From Setoptus koraiensis (taxonomy: Eukaryota > Animalia > Arthropoda): a stretch of DNA of 64,000 nucleotides. The stretch covers positions 9,610,001 to 9,674,000 of the forward strand of contig CM106586.1 in NCBI GenBank assembly GCA_048013815.1. The letters run 5' to 3'. A program made the position numbers and the translations under genes. The notes beneath the pieces were generated by a model that was not told the DNA's origin, made no database searches, and was given only the letters and a program-made list of their open reading frames with translations. Below, one piece after another: positions 10,001-24,294 of this stretch (its first letter is position 1; each line of letters begins with the position of its first letter).

Positions 10001-13000
10001 ACAGCGCGCACTGCCGGCCGCACAGACGACTAGCGACCGAACTCTCCGGTCGCTCGGCGCTGATTCCGAGCGGATAATTCCCGGCAACTCCAAACGGGGC
10101 CAGCTCGCCAGCGACGAGGTAGCTCCGCTTGGGTGGCCCGCAAAACCGGCGATACCGACAAAACTGACGAAACTGGCGAAACCGGCAAAACTGACAAAGC
10201 AGCCGCAGCGACATCGACAACAAAATTGAAAGCACACATGACATGAATTGATGAGCGCATTTCGAGCACCGGCATGCCCACTTTGCGCGCCAACAACAAC
10301 AACAACAACAACGACAGCAGCGGCAACAGCGGCAACAACAACGGCAGCGAAATTAAATAATGATAAGCGACACGCACACAGAATATCCGCTGGGGCCCCT
10401 GAATGCGGCACCAAATGCCGCCGGATTACCGCTGCTCGTGGCAGCCCGGCCAGCGTATGCAACTCGGCGCGGCGCCATTTTACAGTGCTCTTGTGGGTCT
10501 CGAGCGCTGTAAGCGCTGGCGAGTCGCGACTTGAACTCGGCAGCGCGTGTAGCTGGAGCGCCACGAGCTGGCCTCTCGCGTCCGTCAGCTCCAAGTCCCG
10601 TCAGCCTCAAGCCCGGCAGCCTCAAGCCCGGCAGCCGAATCTGGCCCCGGCAGCCGGCACTCGTTGGGCCCCGGTCGCATCAAACGGCCGACCGAGCAGC
10701 GAGTTGCAGCGAGAGGCAAACCCGAATTTAAAATATGCCCAGCCAGAGGAGGCGCGAGTCACTCGCGGCGAGTGGCCAACGGCCGCTTGCAAGCGACAAT
10801 CCGGTCACGAGACGCGCCCCACTGGCAGTCTGTCCAAACACGCGGCCGAGCGGGGCCCCCGGTCACTTGGCGCGTCCCGCGATGCGGACCAGTGGCCAAC
10901 GGGCAGCCACAACCCGCAGCGCCAGTGACGCTGGCCTCCGACTGGCCGCTGCCGTGATAAATTGCGTCACAATTACGTTGGCATAATTAAAAGCGGTCAG
11001 TCAGCTCGGCTGGCCAAATTGGGGCCAATTTGGCCCGTGGCCAGTGGACGCGCCACTGGTCAGACTGCTCGCGCTGACCGTTGACCGCTGGCAAGCTGGT
11101 GACACGCGGTCACCTGTTTGGCCCGTGGCGCCTGGTCTTGATATGACATATTATATAATGTGTCCGACACACGGTTGCCATTGTTAAGCGCGCATTGTGT
11201 GACGCTGACTGATATCCGGGTGCATATGTGCTCGGCTTGAATTTTGGCGCTTGTAGTTGTTGGCGCCCCCTCGCTTCGGAGTCACAATGTCTTGTTAGCA
11301 GCGGTGATGCATTGCATAATAACAAGCATTGTGCAAGCATAATACACTCGCGGACATATCGCATCGTGTGTCGGACTCCGCTCCACTGTGCCGTCCCCCT
11401 GCAAGCGCCCCATTTCAACTATGGCGTTGCAACCATAGCAAGAGCGGCTGCGGTCGCATCATGCGACTCGCAAGCGATCCCCCGTTCGCACGAGGGGCCC
11501 CATCGGGGCGCGAATAGCAGCGAATAGCCGCGAACAGCCGCGAACAGCGGCCAAGAATAGCGGGCAAGAATAGCGGCCGAGGATAGCGGCCGAGTGAGGC
11601 GGCGGTAACACGAGCCGTATTGTATTGCGCGCTGTCAGCTTATTTTAAATAAAACTCTGGCTGTTGGCGCCGATCGGTCGCAAACGAACGCCAACGGGCC
11701 AGCCCTGTCAGCAAGTTGCAAAACCGGCCCGACCAGTCAAGCGTCAGCGGCGCCCGCACACAGCCGACAGGTAAACAAGGCCACTAATAGGCCGCGGCGC
11801 TACCTGCCCGGTAATACCTGGCTCGAGCCGCTTGTCGGCGAGCTGGTTATCGGCGCCATTATCTGGTCAATAATTTGATTTCGATGCAGCGGCCACCAAC
11901 TCGAGCGAGCCACCAGCCGAATCGAGGCCCCGGAATGAATGAGAAACGGGCCCCTTTGTTACGCGGCCCCCTCACGCTGCCCTACGCGTCCGTTGATGCA
12001 GTCATGTATGTCCGATAATATTAGACCAATATCATATTGGCAATATGTTTCTATAATCATGCTGCGCTATCTCGCAGCCAGATATTGCAGCGCGATGTCA
12101 AATATGCGATTCGTGCGCGATCACAGCGAAATTTAGCGACAATCATATCGCGCCTGCATCGCGGGCCCCCGTGATACAGCGGCCCGGGCGAACCCGATGC
12201 CGCCTGTCTGGCACAGGTGATCTGGTGTGTCTCGACAGCGATCTAATCACTTTGAAATGGCAACTCGCAACTGGCTAGACGGTCGCGATATGGATTTGGG
12301 CCCGCGTTGCATCATGCAACTTGCATGGGACCAGCAACATCGAGCGATAGCCGCAGTATATCCACGCTCGGATAAAATGCGGATATCGATGGTGTGCTGG
12401 GCGCTGGTGCGTCAGCCCGAGTGACTCACATACTGTGAATCACATTGTGTGAGTGAGGGCACCGGAATCGACGCGAGTTCACGTTGCTATTCCGGTGCAC
12501 TATTCACGATGAATCAGGATGCCCCATGTCATTCGCAGTATTCATACCATGATTTCATACTGTTTCATAGTGATAGTATGAATATTGAACGGGTCGCTTT
12601 GGGGGCCGGCGACTCGCCGGTGGCAAGTGACACTTTTAGACGTTTGTGCCCCGATGAGATGGGGCCATTTTAGTCGAGGACACACACAGCAATGAATAGG
12701 CACGCACACCGGGCTGCAATTGTTGGCCGGCAATCGCTGCTTGCCGGCCGCACCGGCTCGAGTGGCAACGTGCGCCGGCGGGGCCCGACCGGGGCCCGAA
12801 TGGGCCGATATGAGCCGAAATGAGGCGCCCTAATGAGCGAATCGCGTGCTCTCCGGCTGACCGGCGCAAATTAGTCGGGTCGATCGTAAATTAGCTCACG
12901 AACAATTGCTGCTGTGAACTGGACAAACGCGCACACACAGTTCAGCCAGTCGGGGTCGAATCAATTCAGGTATCGCACACAATTGGCAATTGCGCCAAGC

Positions 13001-16000
13001 ATCCGACTGACCACGATGAGATTTGCATTCGAGTTGCGACTGGCCAAAAGTCAACCGCTTGCTTGCACTGGCGAGCTTGCCGCTAGGGCCAATCGGGGCT
13101 GGCCCCTTGCCGTTGCAACTTGGAACTTCCAAGTTGCGATTTGCGCCAATTTGAAATTTCAAGCCGCGACTCGTAGCCTGCGAGCGTCGACGAAAATGCT
13201 GACCAGCGGACATTGGCGGCTCGACGAGCGGCAGCGGGTCTCGTAGTGCCGAGCGCCGCCGGGCGTCGCCGAATTGCAGTAGGCGCCCCATAGGTTGGCA
13301 ACTTTCGGGGCCTGCGGTAACACGTTACTGCGGTAACACGAGAAAACACGTGTAATGGTGTCCGTTTGTTTGCCGTGTCGCGCGTATCTGCTGAGACGCG
13401 ATATCGGCGCTATGTGGGCGCGATAGCTGCCCGATATTGGCGAGTTAGCCGGCTCAGTTTGGTGTCGGGGCAAATGTAAATAAGGGGCCGATGCAAATAG
13501 CAAATAGTGTTGTAAGCAGCGCCAATTATTGTTGGGGCGCCGGCGCCGCCGTGCCAAAAAACGCCACCGAGCCAAACAATGGGAGCGCGTTTGCAGATCG
13601 CGCAGCTCAATTCGGCCAGCGGGCCCCACTGAATGGGGCCAACTGACCGAATGGGGCCCACTGATCAAATGGTGCTGGCAGCGTCTGCCAGAGCCGTTGC
13701 GTAGCCGTTTACACGCTAGGTTACATAACAACTCTGGCCAATATCAATAATGGTGCTGCTGTTTGCTGGCCCAAGAAAGTTACATAATGTTGTGTTCGGC
13801 CTGATATGCCGTTGGCCAGTTTTGAGCGCCACTGCAACTGGCCGCCATTTGGACCCGTTGGGGCCCCGCGATCCATTTGGATCCGTTCGGTTGGCTCGGC
13901 GCATTATTGATGGGCGCCGGCGAGTGGGTCTCGGAGAAACACAAGCGAGAATATTGGTTAAGCCGAGATTGGCCAATAAACAGCTCAACTGCAACAGTGG
14001 TTGTCATGCAACTCGCACGCCAGACGGGCCCAACTGTGGGCCCCAGAATTTGTGGGCCAGAAGTTGGGGCGCACAATCGGGTAGCGGCAGCAGCAATTGT
14101 GCCGACACTTTGCGCTTCATTAGAGAAATAAAAAGGGGCCCGAGCCGAAGTGAAAAAAGAATCACTGACCGTTGGCACATGACTGACAAATCGACACGCT
14201 GCCCCGTTTTTGGGCCGGCCACTCAGGCCAGCGCAACAACGGGGCCCCTCTGGCCAGCTAAACTACAGGGGCCCTCAAAAAACGACAGCTCGCAGCGAAC
14301 ATGACCGATGTTGTCTTGTCGAAACAACACCGATAACATGGTGCCATGACCGGGTTGTCGGTCCGCTGCCAGGCCGACCGACAACATCGACAACATCGAC
14401 AAATCGATCGTGTTCTCGCCGACAACTTCTCGGCGTGCTCTCGGCGTGCTCTCGGCCCGCCTGTCGGGCCCCTTGGCCGGCCCGCGCGTCACAGCTGGCA
14501 GCGTCGCTGCGGCTGCTTGCGCCGGCCCGACGGCGGCCTCATCTGGCGTAAAAAATTCAATTGGCGCAAATTTAATGGTGCGACTGGCATCGATTCGCGC
14601 CGCCATCAACAACTCAAACAACTCAAACAACTCCAACAACCTCAACAACTCCAACAACTCACAGCCCCGGCAACTGGCCACTCGAGCTCGCACAATAATC
14701 ACAATTTAACAATTGGCCAACAACAACGGCCTCGCCAGCAGTTGTTAACGGGCCCGAGTGGGGCCCACAATTTGTTGCGTAACAGTTAACAGCCACATAT
14801 ATGTAGTTGCCAGCTGCATGTGTGGCTGTGCGAATCGATTTGTCCATTTGTCTGATTGATTTCATCAAGTGATATCATCGCCACACTGACCGCTTGCTCG
14901 CTGGGTCAAGCGTCGCTGTGGCGGCCACGCCGAAATTGATTACAATTGGGGCCCAATTGTTTATTTGTTTGCTTCGTTTGTTTGCTTGTAAACACGCGCG
15001 TTGATGGTGGCCGAAGTTGCCGCTCGGAACGCTTCCCAATTCGAGCGCCTCGAACGCTCCCAGCGCCGCCGACGTTCGAGCACAACAATGGCGCAACGGC
15101 GCCTCATTGAGCCAGCCAGCCGGCCGACCGGCCAAACGAACAAGCAAACAAACGAGGCGACTTGCAGCGGTTCGGCACGCGATCCCTGACCAGCGACAAT
15201 GACCACAGACCGAGTGGCCAAGACAAACAAACAAACAAGCCCCACACAAGTGGCCTCAGCGGCGATCTTGGGGCGCGCGCTGGGGCCGCCGCTGCGGCCA
15301 CCGGTCCAGCCGACCAGACTGGCCAGACTGGTCAGAACGGCCAAACTCGCCAGACTGGCCAGACTCGCCAGACTGGGCCCCACTCTGGCGAGCCACTGGC
15401 AACTGTTAGCGAGCTGGGCCCCACTGGCGATGGGGCCGCCGCTGGTCGCCCCTGTGATCGTTTGGCCGATCGCCAATAATAACGGAGTTAATGGCACGCA
15501 GCATTAGTGTTTTGGTTACACGACCGGCTCGCAACCCGACCAAATGATGTGTAAACGGCCGCCGGCCCGCCATGGACTGGCCGGCCCGGTCGCGGCTCGT
15601 AGCGCCGCCGTTGCCAGCGATTGCTGCTGCCGGGCAGTCGGGCCGACGCACCGTCAGGCTGGACGACGGCGCGACGGGCTAGCCGACAGCGCGACGGGCT
15701 GGCGCTCAATTTGGCGGGGCCCCTAATGAGTCCGATGAGTTCTAATTTGCGTATCACTGCGGCTGCTGCCCGAGCGCCTCACAATGTGAGGCTCACATGT
15801 GGCGTTTGCATTGTGCGCAGCTAATCAGCATCGGCGGCACCGCTGGCGTGTCCGCGCCTCAATATGCCCGCAATGCGGCGCGGATGTTCAACATAATACA
15901 GTGAGTGTATCATGTTGAACACATTGTATTATATTACTGTTTAATGTGTTATGTAATCACGCCACAGGAAGCAGCGGCCCGATAAGCGGCCAGATAATAT

Positions 16001-19000
16001 CTGTCAATATGCAGCAGAATCATATCTGGCTCGAGTGGCGCAGCTAATTTCACTGATTGAATTGCGAGTCGGCGAGTCGGCGGCGGGGCCCCTGGCCGCT
16101 CTAGAGTCTGGCCGCCAGACTCTAGCGGCTGTTTGAATGGCATCCGTTTGGCCGTTTGCCGTTTGGCCTGGCCAGACGGCCGCACAATCGCATGAGGGGG
16201 CAGGCTGAATCTGTGCCCGTTGCAGAGGCTCCGATTTATCCCCGGCGCCTCGCGCAGAGCCGCAGAGCCAGTTGCCGTTGGGCCGAACAGGCCCGAGAAC
16301 ATCTCAGGCTGAGCAATGTTCGCAAGTGGAGCGAGAGAGATACCCAAGAATGCGCCGTCGTCTTGTCGGGCCCTGATTGCGGACCCGCCGACTAAGCCGC
16401 GCCAGCTTAAGCAAAAGTCGCTCAGACACGTAATAACACGCGCACCCGTAACGTGTGGCCGCTAATGTGAGCCGGCCGGAGCTTGCATAGTTATGCGGAC
16501 CCCATAGTGACCATTAGTCACATTAGTTGCGCCACTGGTCGCATGCCATGATCGCTGTGACGGCGCTTGTGCGCCACACTGGGCCCCATCATTGGGCCCC
16601 GTGGCAGTATGCAAGGCGCAGTGCGTGTGGCCAGTAGTAATGTGTCCATGCAAAAGGTATCCATTTCGAGTGTTTGCTACGACGGTTGTAGCACAACCGG
16701 CCAAATTAATACGCCGCTGCTGCCGTGAATACCACCACTATGTAACGTTATAGCAGTTATCGCATTACATAACAACCATTTCGGGCCACAGTGGCCCCAA
16801 AACGAGATAAAATGTAACCAAGTGAGATGCCAGCACACATAAACGAGCCGTGCCGGAAGTGGAGTGGCAAAGTCGCCTAGTGGGCCACTAGGTAACTAGT
16901 GGCACACATAATATTGCAGCCGGCGTGAAGAGATGGCGCTATGCGGAAATTATACCATCGATTATTGGATGCCATAATATAGTGCGCGCACATAATCTCC
17001 TTGGGTCTCGCACCCAGTGACTCTCCCACCGAGGGCCCCCGTGAGGACCCAGTTACCTGTGGCGAGACATGAATGGGCAATCATTCTAATGATTCATTGA
17101 GGCGTACGTCCGTCGGCGTCGCAAATCGCGAGGGCCCCGCATGCGCGTCACAGCGCACACTGCCAATTGAGAATTGAGAATTGGGGCTAATAAATAGGCA
17201 CGGCTAATTTATATTATATATACGGGCCATATATCGCCGCGTTATATGGCCCGCGTTATATGCGGCGATACTTTTCAGCCGATTAGTGCCGCTTGTCGAA
17301 TGGATAAATAGGTGAACATTAAGCATTCAGCATTCGCCTGCCCGAGCCTCGCCAGCCGAAGGGGCCAAATCAAATGAAATGGCGCAACTCTTAAGTGGTT
17401 GTCGCAAGCGCGACGAGCGGACATATGGTGCCCCGTTCACATCAATCACATCACCCGTTAGCTTGGCCGCCGTGCTGCCCATTACATAACACACAGCACA
17501 GTAAATTACTGTCAATAATGTTATGTAAGCGTTACATTGCCAGGCCCCTGTCACCTGTCGTGCAACGGCGAGCCACAGATGACATTACGCAATACGCATG
17601 TACACGTTCATTGTGGATAGACGCCGGGCCTCATTGGGGCCCCTCATTTGTTGTTTGCGAATCGCTGACGTATTGCTGGCGCAGTTAGTTGGTGGCGCAG
17701 TTTGTTGCGTCACACAATTTGTGTCGCTTGGCGTTGGCCAGCCAGTGGCCAGTGGCCCGGTGCTGGCTGAATTGGTGAATAGGTTGGCTGGCATGCATGA
17801 CAGGGGGTCACTCAGGCCAGCCAACAACTATTATTATGTAATAACGATGGCTGGCATATTGAATAAGTGACGCGTGATTAAAGTGACGCCCGGCGCCACA
17901 AGCGCGCAATACAAACGCATGGGCAACATTCAACAACGACAAGGTGATTTATGGGCGCCCCAACGATACGGCGCCTCAACGGGGGCACCCCGCTCACACA
18001 CTGCTCAATCGCTGGCTAGCACTCAATCCGAGCTAGTGGCAATGATAGCGCGATGCCGCCAGTGTGATACACGCCATTAACGGCAATAATACCCGCGCCC
18101 ATCAAATGTGTCAAAATCAAATAAAACCCCAATCCATTATTCATTATTATCGGCTGAATACACCAATTCAGCTCGCTCGGGCTCATGGGCGAAATGCACA
18201 ACAACGCGTCATTGTGGGCCCGCTGGCCAACGACGTTGAACGACGATTTATTTATATGCCAGCACGGCAATGATGATGATCATTGACACATGTGCATTTT
18301 GCAGGTCACCTCGGGGCCCCGCGCCAGCTATCGTCACTATTTATAGCCCGGCTTGTTGAGTAGCGACAGTAAATGGGAGGCCCAGAATTGACTTGTAAAC
18401 TTGTCACACAGAACAAGTGTTGCCTTTTTGGGCCGCTCATTCCCGCGCTGGGGCCCGAGCTCGACACGGACTCTCTCGGGGCCCCTGATGCCCGCTACGT
18501 GTTGGCGCGTCACTCGCGCAAAAACACACATAAAGAACGGGCACTCTCGTTATGTGACTGCTACAGATTGCGGGCCCCAATGGGGCCCGCAATCCGGCGC
18601 ACGCACTGAATCGGGGCGCATCCAATGCGATTCGTAGTCTGAGAATGCATCCGACAACAACAACAACAACAACAATAATCTTTCGCCAGTGGCATAATCA
18701 TGCCAGCCGGCCATTGTGTTTACATGATAACACGATGATGATCATCGTCTCCAAGTCGGCGGCTCGCCCCCGACGGCCGGCTGAATATTCAGCCGCTCGC
18801 CGCGCGCAACACCCGCGCCAGCCAACCCGAACCGAGAGCCAGCCAACCAGAGAATCGGGCCGGTCGTCGAGCGAACAAGCTCGTGCGGCCGGCTGCAAGT
18901 TGCAGTCTGCTTGTCCCTGGTCTCGGGCTCGCGCACCAGCCGCGCCGTGCGTTTGGCCCCAGTTCGCGGCAGTTCGCGGCGGTTCGCGGCGGTTCGAGGC

Positions 19001-22000
19001 GGTCCGCGGCAGCTCGCAGCGGGCCGTGCGAGCACGTGCAAACTGCCTTTCGCTGTCAACCTTTGCGCTTCCGATTCGCCAGCTTCGAGGGCGCCGATTC
19101 AATCGGGCGCGCGCGTACACCGTCGCGACCCATAAACATTGGCTGCATAAACTGGCTGCGGGGCGCCGGCTCGGCCGAAATCTGCACGCTATCGGCGCCC
19201 CCGAACCACTCTCTATCGGCGATAAATCTCTGACATTACGACACATAACGACGAGCCGATGTGCGTATTAGAGTAATGCGATGATTTTTATTTTCACGCT
19301 CATCGCTCCCGCTCGGGCGCGCTCGGGTCCGCTCTGGTCCGCTCTGGGCCGCTCTGGGCCTCTCTGGGCCACTCTGGACCTAAAGTCCCTTTGGAGGAGC
19401 GTCGCGCCCGAACGGGGGCGTCGCCGGCGCTGCAACTGCCTGCTCTCGGGCCGACAGCTCGGGCCCCGAGAAGAACAACCGATTACGCACGCGCCAACGG
19501 GGTCCAGCGTCGGCAGACGAGCATCAAGTTTGCACCTCGGCATGATATGCCTGCCGAGATGTGCGAGCGTGGGGCCCGCTGTGAGTGAGGGGCCCACGGT
19601 GGCGCAACCAAGTGAAGCAGCACTTTTTGCCATCAATGAATTTTGAATTCAATTTGAATGAATATTAGCGACTGGCAGCGTGACATGTAGACAACTGAAC
19701 AACATGTGTGTGTCATTGCAGGCCCAGCTAAAGTGTACGGCAAAGTGGCCCCAAATCTGGCCCCACTTTAGGGGTGTGACAGCCGGAATTTGTTCATATG
19801 GGCGCTTGCGCTAGTTGCGAGCCGCGCCACTGGCGCCCGATCCAGCCAGCTAATCTAATAACCGTGCAATATTCACAGATATATTCACGTATATATAGAT
19901 ATTTGCCTGCTGCCAAGTGGGCACGGGGGGGGGGGCGCGATTTGTTTACGCTTGTTTGCAAATTGTTTCCCACTGGCACTGGCAATAATAGTTCAAGTGT
20001 ATCGTCGGGGCCCCATTCGCGTCGCGAATCATCTCTGGCTGGCGCGTCGAGTGGCGGGTTCGCACGGCGCCCATCGGAGCTGCCGATGGCTGCATGTCTC
20101 GTCGGCTGGTGGCGCCAATATCGGGCTTCGTGTCGCTCGCCACGTCGCCGGGCGCGTCGCCGATATTGGCGCCAAAAAATTAGCATAAATCAGGCAGACG
20201 GCGCCCAGCTAAACGTAACGAGCCGGCGATGGCCAGCGCCAATTCGCAGCCAAAATCCGCCAATCGACGAGCGGATGGCGGCCGGCGATTGGCGGACTTT
20301 CTCGGCTGCGTTGTCGCTGTGAGGCGATTTGGTGCGAATAACGACAAAACGGGCACCGACCCCCGCAGCAGAGACAACATTTATGGCGCGACTGCATCGC
20401 GCAAAGTCAATTGGGTGACTGGCTGGCGAGCCAGGGGAGCCGCGCCGCATTGCCGTGATAGGAATGGGGCCCGAGCTGCCATTAGCAGCGCCATTACTGG
20501 GTGAGCGGCGGGCGTGTTGCACGCGGGGCCCCTTGATCAGGGCGGCCAATTGTAGTTAATGATGATGGTGTTGGCTCGTTTTAATGACGTCTCTGCTGGC
20601 GGCCACATTATGTAATATGTATTATGTACAATCATATTGTGCGCCTATGTTTACAACAACAAAACTGTGTGTGCGACGAGTGCGCGCTAGATTTGCGTGA
20701 AACGATGAAAAATTATCCATTAAATTGCGGCCCGACGCTTATGCAGACTCCGCATTGCAACAACACCGACAACAACTGCGCCGGCCCGAGCAGCAGCGGC
20801 CGCAACAGCGACAACAACCACGGCAACAACAACAACGGCGGCAACAGCAACAACAACCACGGCAACAACAGCAACGACGGCGCCAAAAGCCGAACGCCGA
20901 AAGGGGCCCCAGCCAGGCAGCCAGCCAGACAGACAGACAGACAGGCCTGCCGAGACAGGGAAGAAATTAATCACGGTCTCGCTGGCTAGGTGTACAACAA
21001 GCGATTACGTAAGCAGCCAGTTGTAGCCGGTGGCGGCGCCGGCGCCAGTTATTAATATGTTGCAGCAACGCTGTTGTTGTTGTTGTTGCTGCTGGTATAT
21101 CATTATGAATGATGCAACCGGATGATTCCAGCACCTTGCGCAACTACCTAGTTACACAGTTGTTACATAATAGCACATAGTTACATAACTGCATTACAAT
21201 TGCTGGCCGGGCCGGGCCGGCTCGCCTGTGGGCCAGCGTGCCCAACGGTTAACGCGCAAACCGATTCTCGTCTCTATGACCGCACTGACATTGTGGGCCT
21301 CACAATGCGGGCACACTGTGCGCTACACGATGCGAAGCTATTCAATTAAATGGGGCCCCTTTGCACACCTTTGCAGGGCTCGTCTGGCGTGTGCGTGTCA
21401 TCAATTTTTAACTATTAAATTGCGTCGTGCCTCATTACTCGTATTATACGAGTCCGGCATGCTGACACGCCAGACAAGTCAGCCAGCCGGGCGAGCGGAC
21501 AGCTCGAGGCACGAGCAGCGTCACAGTGGGCCCTGTCAGCTCATGAGCGACAGCCGAGCAACAAAAGGGGCCCCACAAGCTGGCGATGTCTGGCGCGGTG
21601 GGCGCCCGGCACGCCTCGTGACTCACAAGTTGTGAGTCACAACTTGCATCGGGCAATTCGCGGGCTCAAGTTGCCCGACGCAACTGATGCGACTTCCGAC
21701 CGACGCGCCATTGTTACCGCCAATCCGGACTTGTTCTTAGCTACCGACCGTGTTCGGCTCGGTCGGCTGACACCGCGTCCGGACCCCGTAAGAATGAACC
21801 CCGTAAGAATGAAGGGGCCCCGCGAATAAGAACAAGATAATGACAGAAATGAATAGATCCGCACGCGCAAACAAACAATGATTGTGCCAGTGAACCTGCT
21901 GCGCTGCATAGATTACATCTAGGCCATTGTGTATTTAGCGAGCTGTGCCCGAGATAAGTTGGCACAGTGTGCACACTGCCAACTTGTCCGCTTGCTCACT

Positions 22001-22368
22001 AGCTTGCCGGCCTGGAAACAGGTTCGCAGGGGCCCCAACATGACGTGGCGCGGCAATTCATCATGGTGCAGCGGTGCGCTGGCAGTGGCAAGCAATTGCC
22101 AAATAGAAACATTATCATTATTGTTATTGTTATTATGTCGCAACTCGACTGGTTGCGCAACTCGTTTTGCATCAGAGGCTCGTTTTATTTTGATGCAAAA
22201 CGATGATGCACACGCTCCGTATCACATGCATACATTTATATATGTTGTATGGGGCCAGATAGATATGTTGTCACAATATTATTGTGTGGTTAGACGGGTA
22301 TATTCAGAGCGTATTCCATTATATTAATTATCTTGTATTTGCGGGCTGTGTATTTGCCGCGATCTGGG

Positions 22369-22370
<2 letters not shown>

Positions 22371-22399
<29 letters not shown>
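22371..22399. repeat. (AC)n microsatellite
   Basis: Direct observation. Confidence 0.95.
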
Positions 22400-22402
<3 letters not shown>

Positions 22403-23217
22403 GCCACCGACGCATTGCGTAACGTGCGTTTTGGTGCAGCGCCCGCGCGTTACGCAATGCGTCAGTGTTTCATATTAGCTGACCACTGCCATTTTGAGCC
22501 ATTATAAAATTTAGATTTAGCGCTGCTAGGTAAATCTAAATAACCAACATAGTTGCATAACACACAGCTTGTGTGAGCTTGTCAGGCTAAATAATTACGT
22601 AATACACTCAGTATATTACACACTAGTAACTCATAGTGACTCACCATTGGCAAGTCGCATGGCTGCAAATTGAGCGACATTTGGCAAGCTAGCTGGCACG
22701 ATGACCAATTGTTAGCGGTCAGTTGGGTGTGTTGGGGTTTTCTTGCGGCCGGCCCGTTGCAACTTGCAAGCCACAAGAAAGCCCCTGTTTGCTTACAACT
22801 GTTAGTGGGGCCCTTTCGTTTGGGCCCTTTTGCGCAGCTTGCAAGTTGCAAGTTGCAAGTACGGACAGCGATTGTATAATACAAGCTGTATTGTCATGAC
22901 AACTGACCGAGTCGAGCCGACAGGGCGCCCATCGGGGTATTGCGGGCTCAGCAGGATGGGCACTCGCAATGCGGCGCTCGGGTCTGATATCAACTGGTCA
23001 TTAGTGGGCACCTTATTATGCGCTCGTTACGCTCGCGGCTCACTTAACAATGCCCACTATGCAATATGCACGCGTTCACTTATTTATGCCGCTGATATTC
23101 ATGCCTCTATCATTGAGGCTCCTATGTCCGTTAACTGCAAGCGTGCCAGTTAACGGACAATGGTGCTGGTCAAGTTTAAAGTTGGCGCTATCGCCGCTCG
23201 CCAGTCACTGTCGGCCA

Positions 23218-23242
23218 GTGTGTGTGTGTGTGTGTGTGTGTG
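23218..23242. repeat. (GT)n microsatellite
   Basis: Direct observation. Confidence 0.95.
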
Positions 23243-24199
23243 CGTTGCAAATTAATGCTGAGATGTGAGGCGACAACGGCGAGCTTCTGTCACTGCTCGT
23301 GAGCTCGTCCGACTCAGATGATCCGACGACGGCGACTCATGTTACACAATGTCCCGCCGGCCATTACGTAACATCAAACGAACACACAAGCGCAAAAGTG
23401 TTTACAAGTCGACAACTCACCTTACTTACAAGTGGCCGGTAATGAGCAGCGCCGACTTGGGCGCTCCAAACGGCCGGGCCGGCGACTCGAGACGCTCGCG
23501 CGCAAGGTGAGTCTTTGGCCGGTCGGTCGGCCGGTCGGTCGGTCGGCAACTGTCGCGGTGGCCACCAGCGATAGTAATGATTCGCGAATTTGTGCGCCGC
23601 CATCAACTCAGGTTACGTCATTAGTGGCAGTTGGCCAGCGCCGGCAGCAACACAAACACAGCATTCGACCACTGAAAACTTCTTTAAAGCTCAACACTGG
23701 CGCTGGCCCCACTTGGGCCCTCCTGCGAGCCCCCTCGGCTCGTTCGAAGCGTCGCAAGCCGAGCACGTGCTGGCGGCGCACGTACGGTCAGACTCGTGAT
23801 GCTGGCTTTGTGTTCAAGTTGTACAAATACTCTACTTGTACTTGGCGTGTTTGTGTGTACTGCTTGTTTGTTGGGTTTGCTGCTCGAACAGGCCCATTAC
23901 GCAACCAATATACTCAGGCACGCCAGTAAACAAATCAATGAATGGAAAGCAGCAGGCCTATTATTATTGCTATTATTATCCACAAATTGAATTGGCCCGT
24001 GCTCAACAGCTGTTAGCCGGCCCAACTGGTTGCCGGTCGGTCGGTCGGTCGTGCACGCCGGTGCCGCTGATCGGACCAACCGGCCGCTTCCGGCCCGTTA
24101 TTTCGCCTGCCACACAAACAAGACACGCCAGACCTGCAGCGGACCCCTCCACAGGCGCGCCTGTCTGGCCTCGGCGGGCAACGCGGGCAGCGGGTATCG

Positions 24200-24294
24200 G
24201 GCGCCAACAGCGGCATCAGGTAGCGGACAGCGGCATCGGGTGGCGGACAGCGGCATCGGGTAGCGGACAGCGGCATCGGGTAGCGGACAGCGGC
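24200..24294. repeat. 20-bp minisatellite GTAGCGGACAGCGGCATCGG, about 4.5 copies
   Basis: Period-20 copies at 24220, 24240, 24260 and 24280 (partial), plus a degenerate copy at 24200. No spacers. Confidence 0.92.

Noticed and set aside
8110-21000. Numerous 100-260 aa ORFs (e.g. 8358-9140, 8571-9179, 10248-10928, 18645-19271) in the big intron
   Set aside because: Arg/Ala/Pro-rich, overlapping on both strands, mostly non-ATG starts and no recognisable motifs. Expected in GC-rich DNA with few stops.
24200-24294. 20-bp repeat array considered as a CRISPR
   Set aside because: Head-to-tail repeats without unique spacers, no cas genes, and a eukaryotic context.
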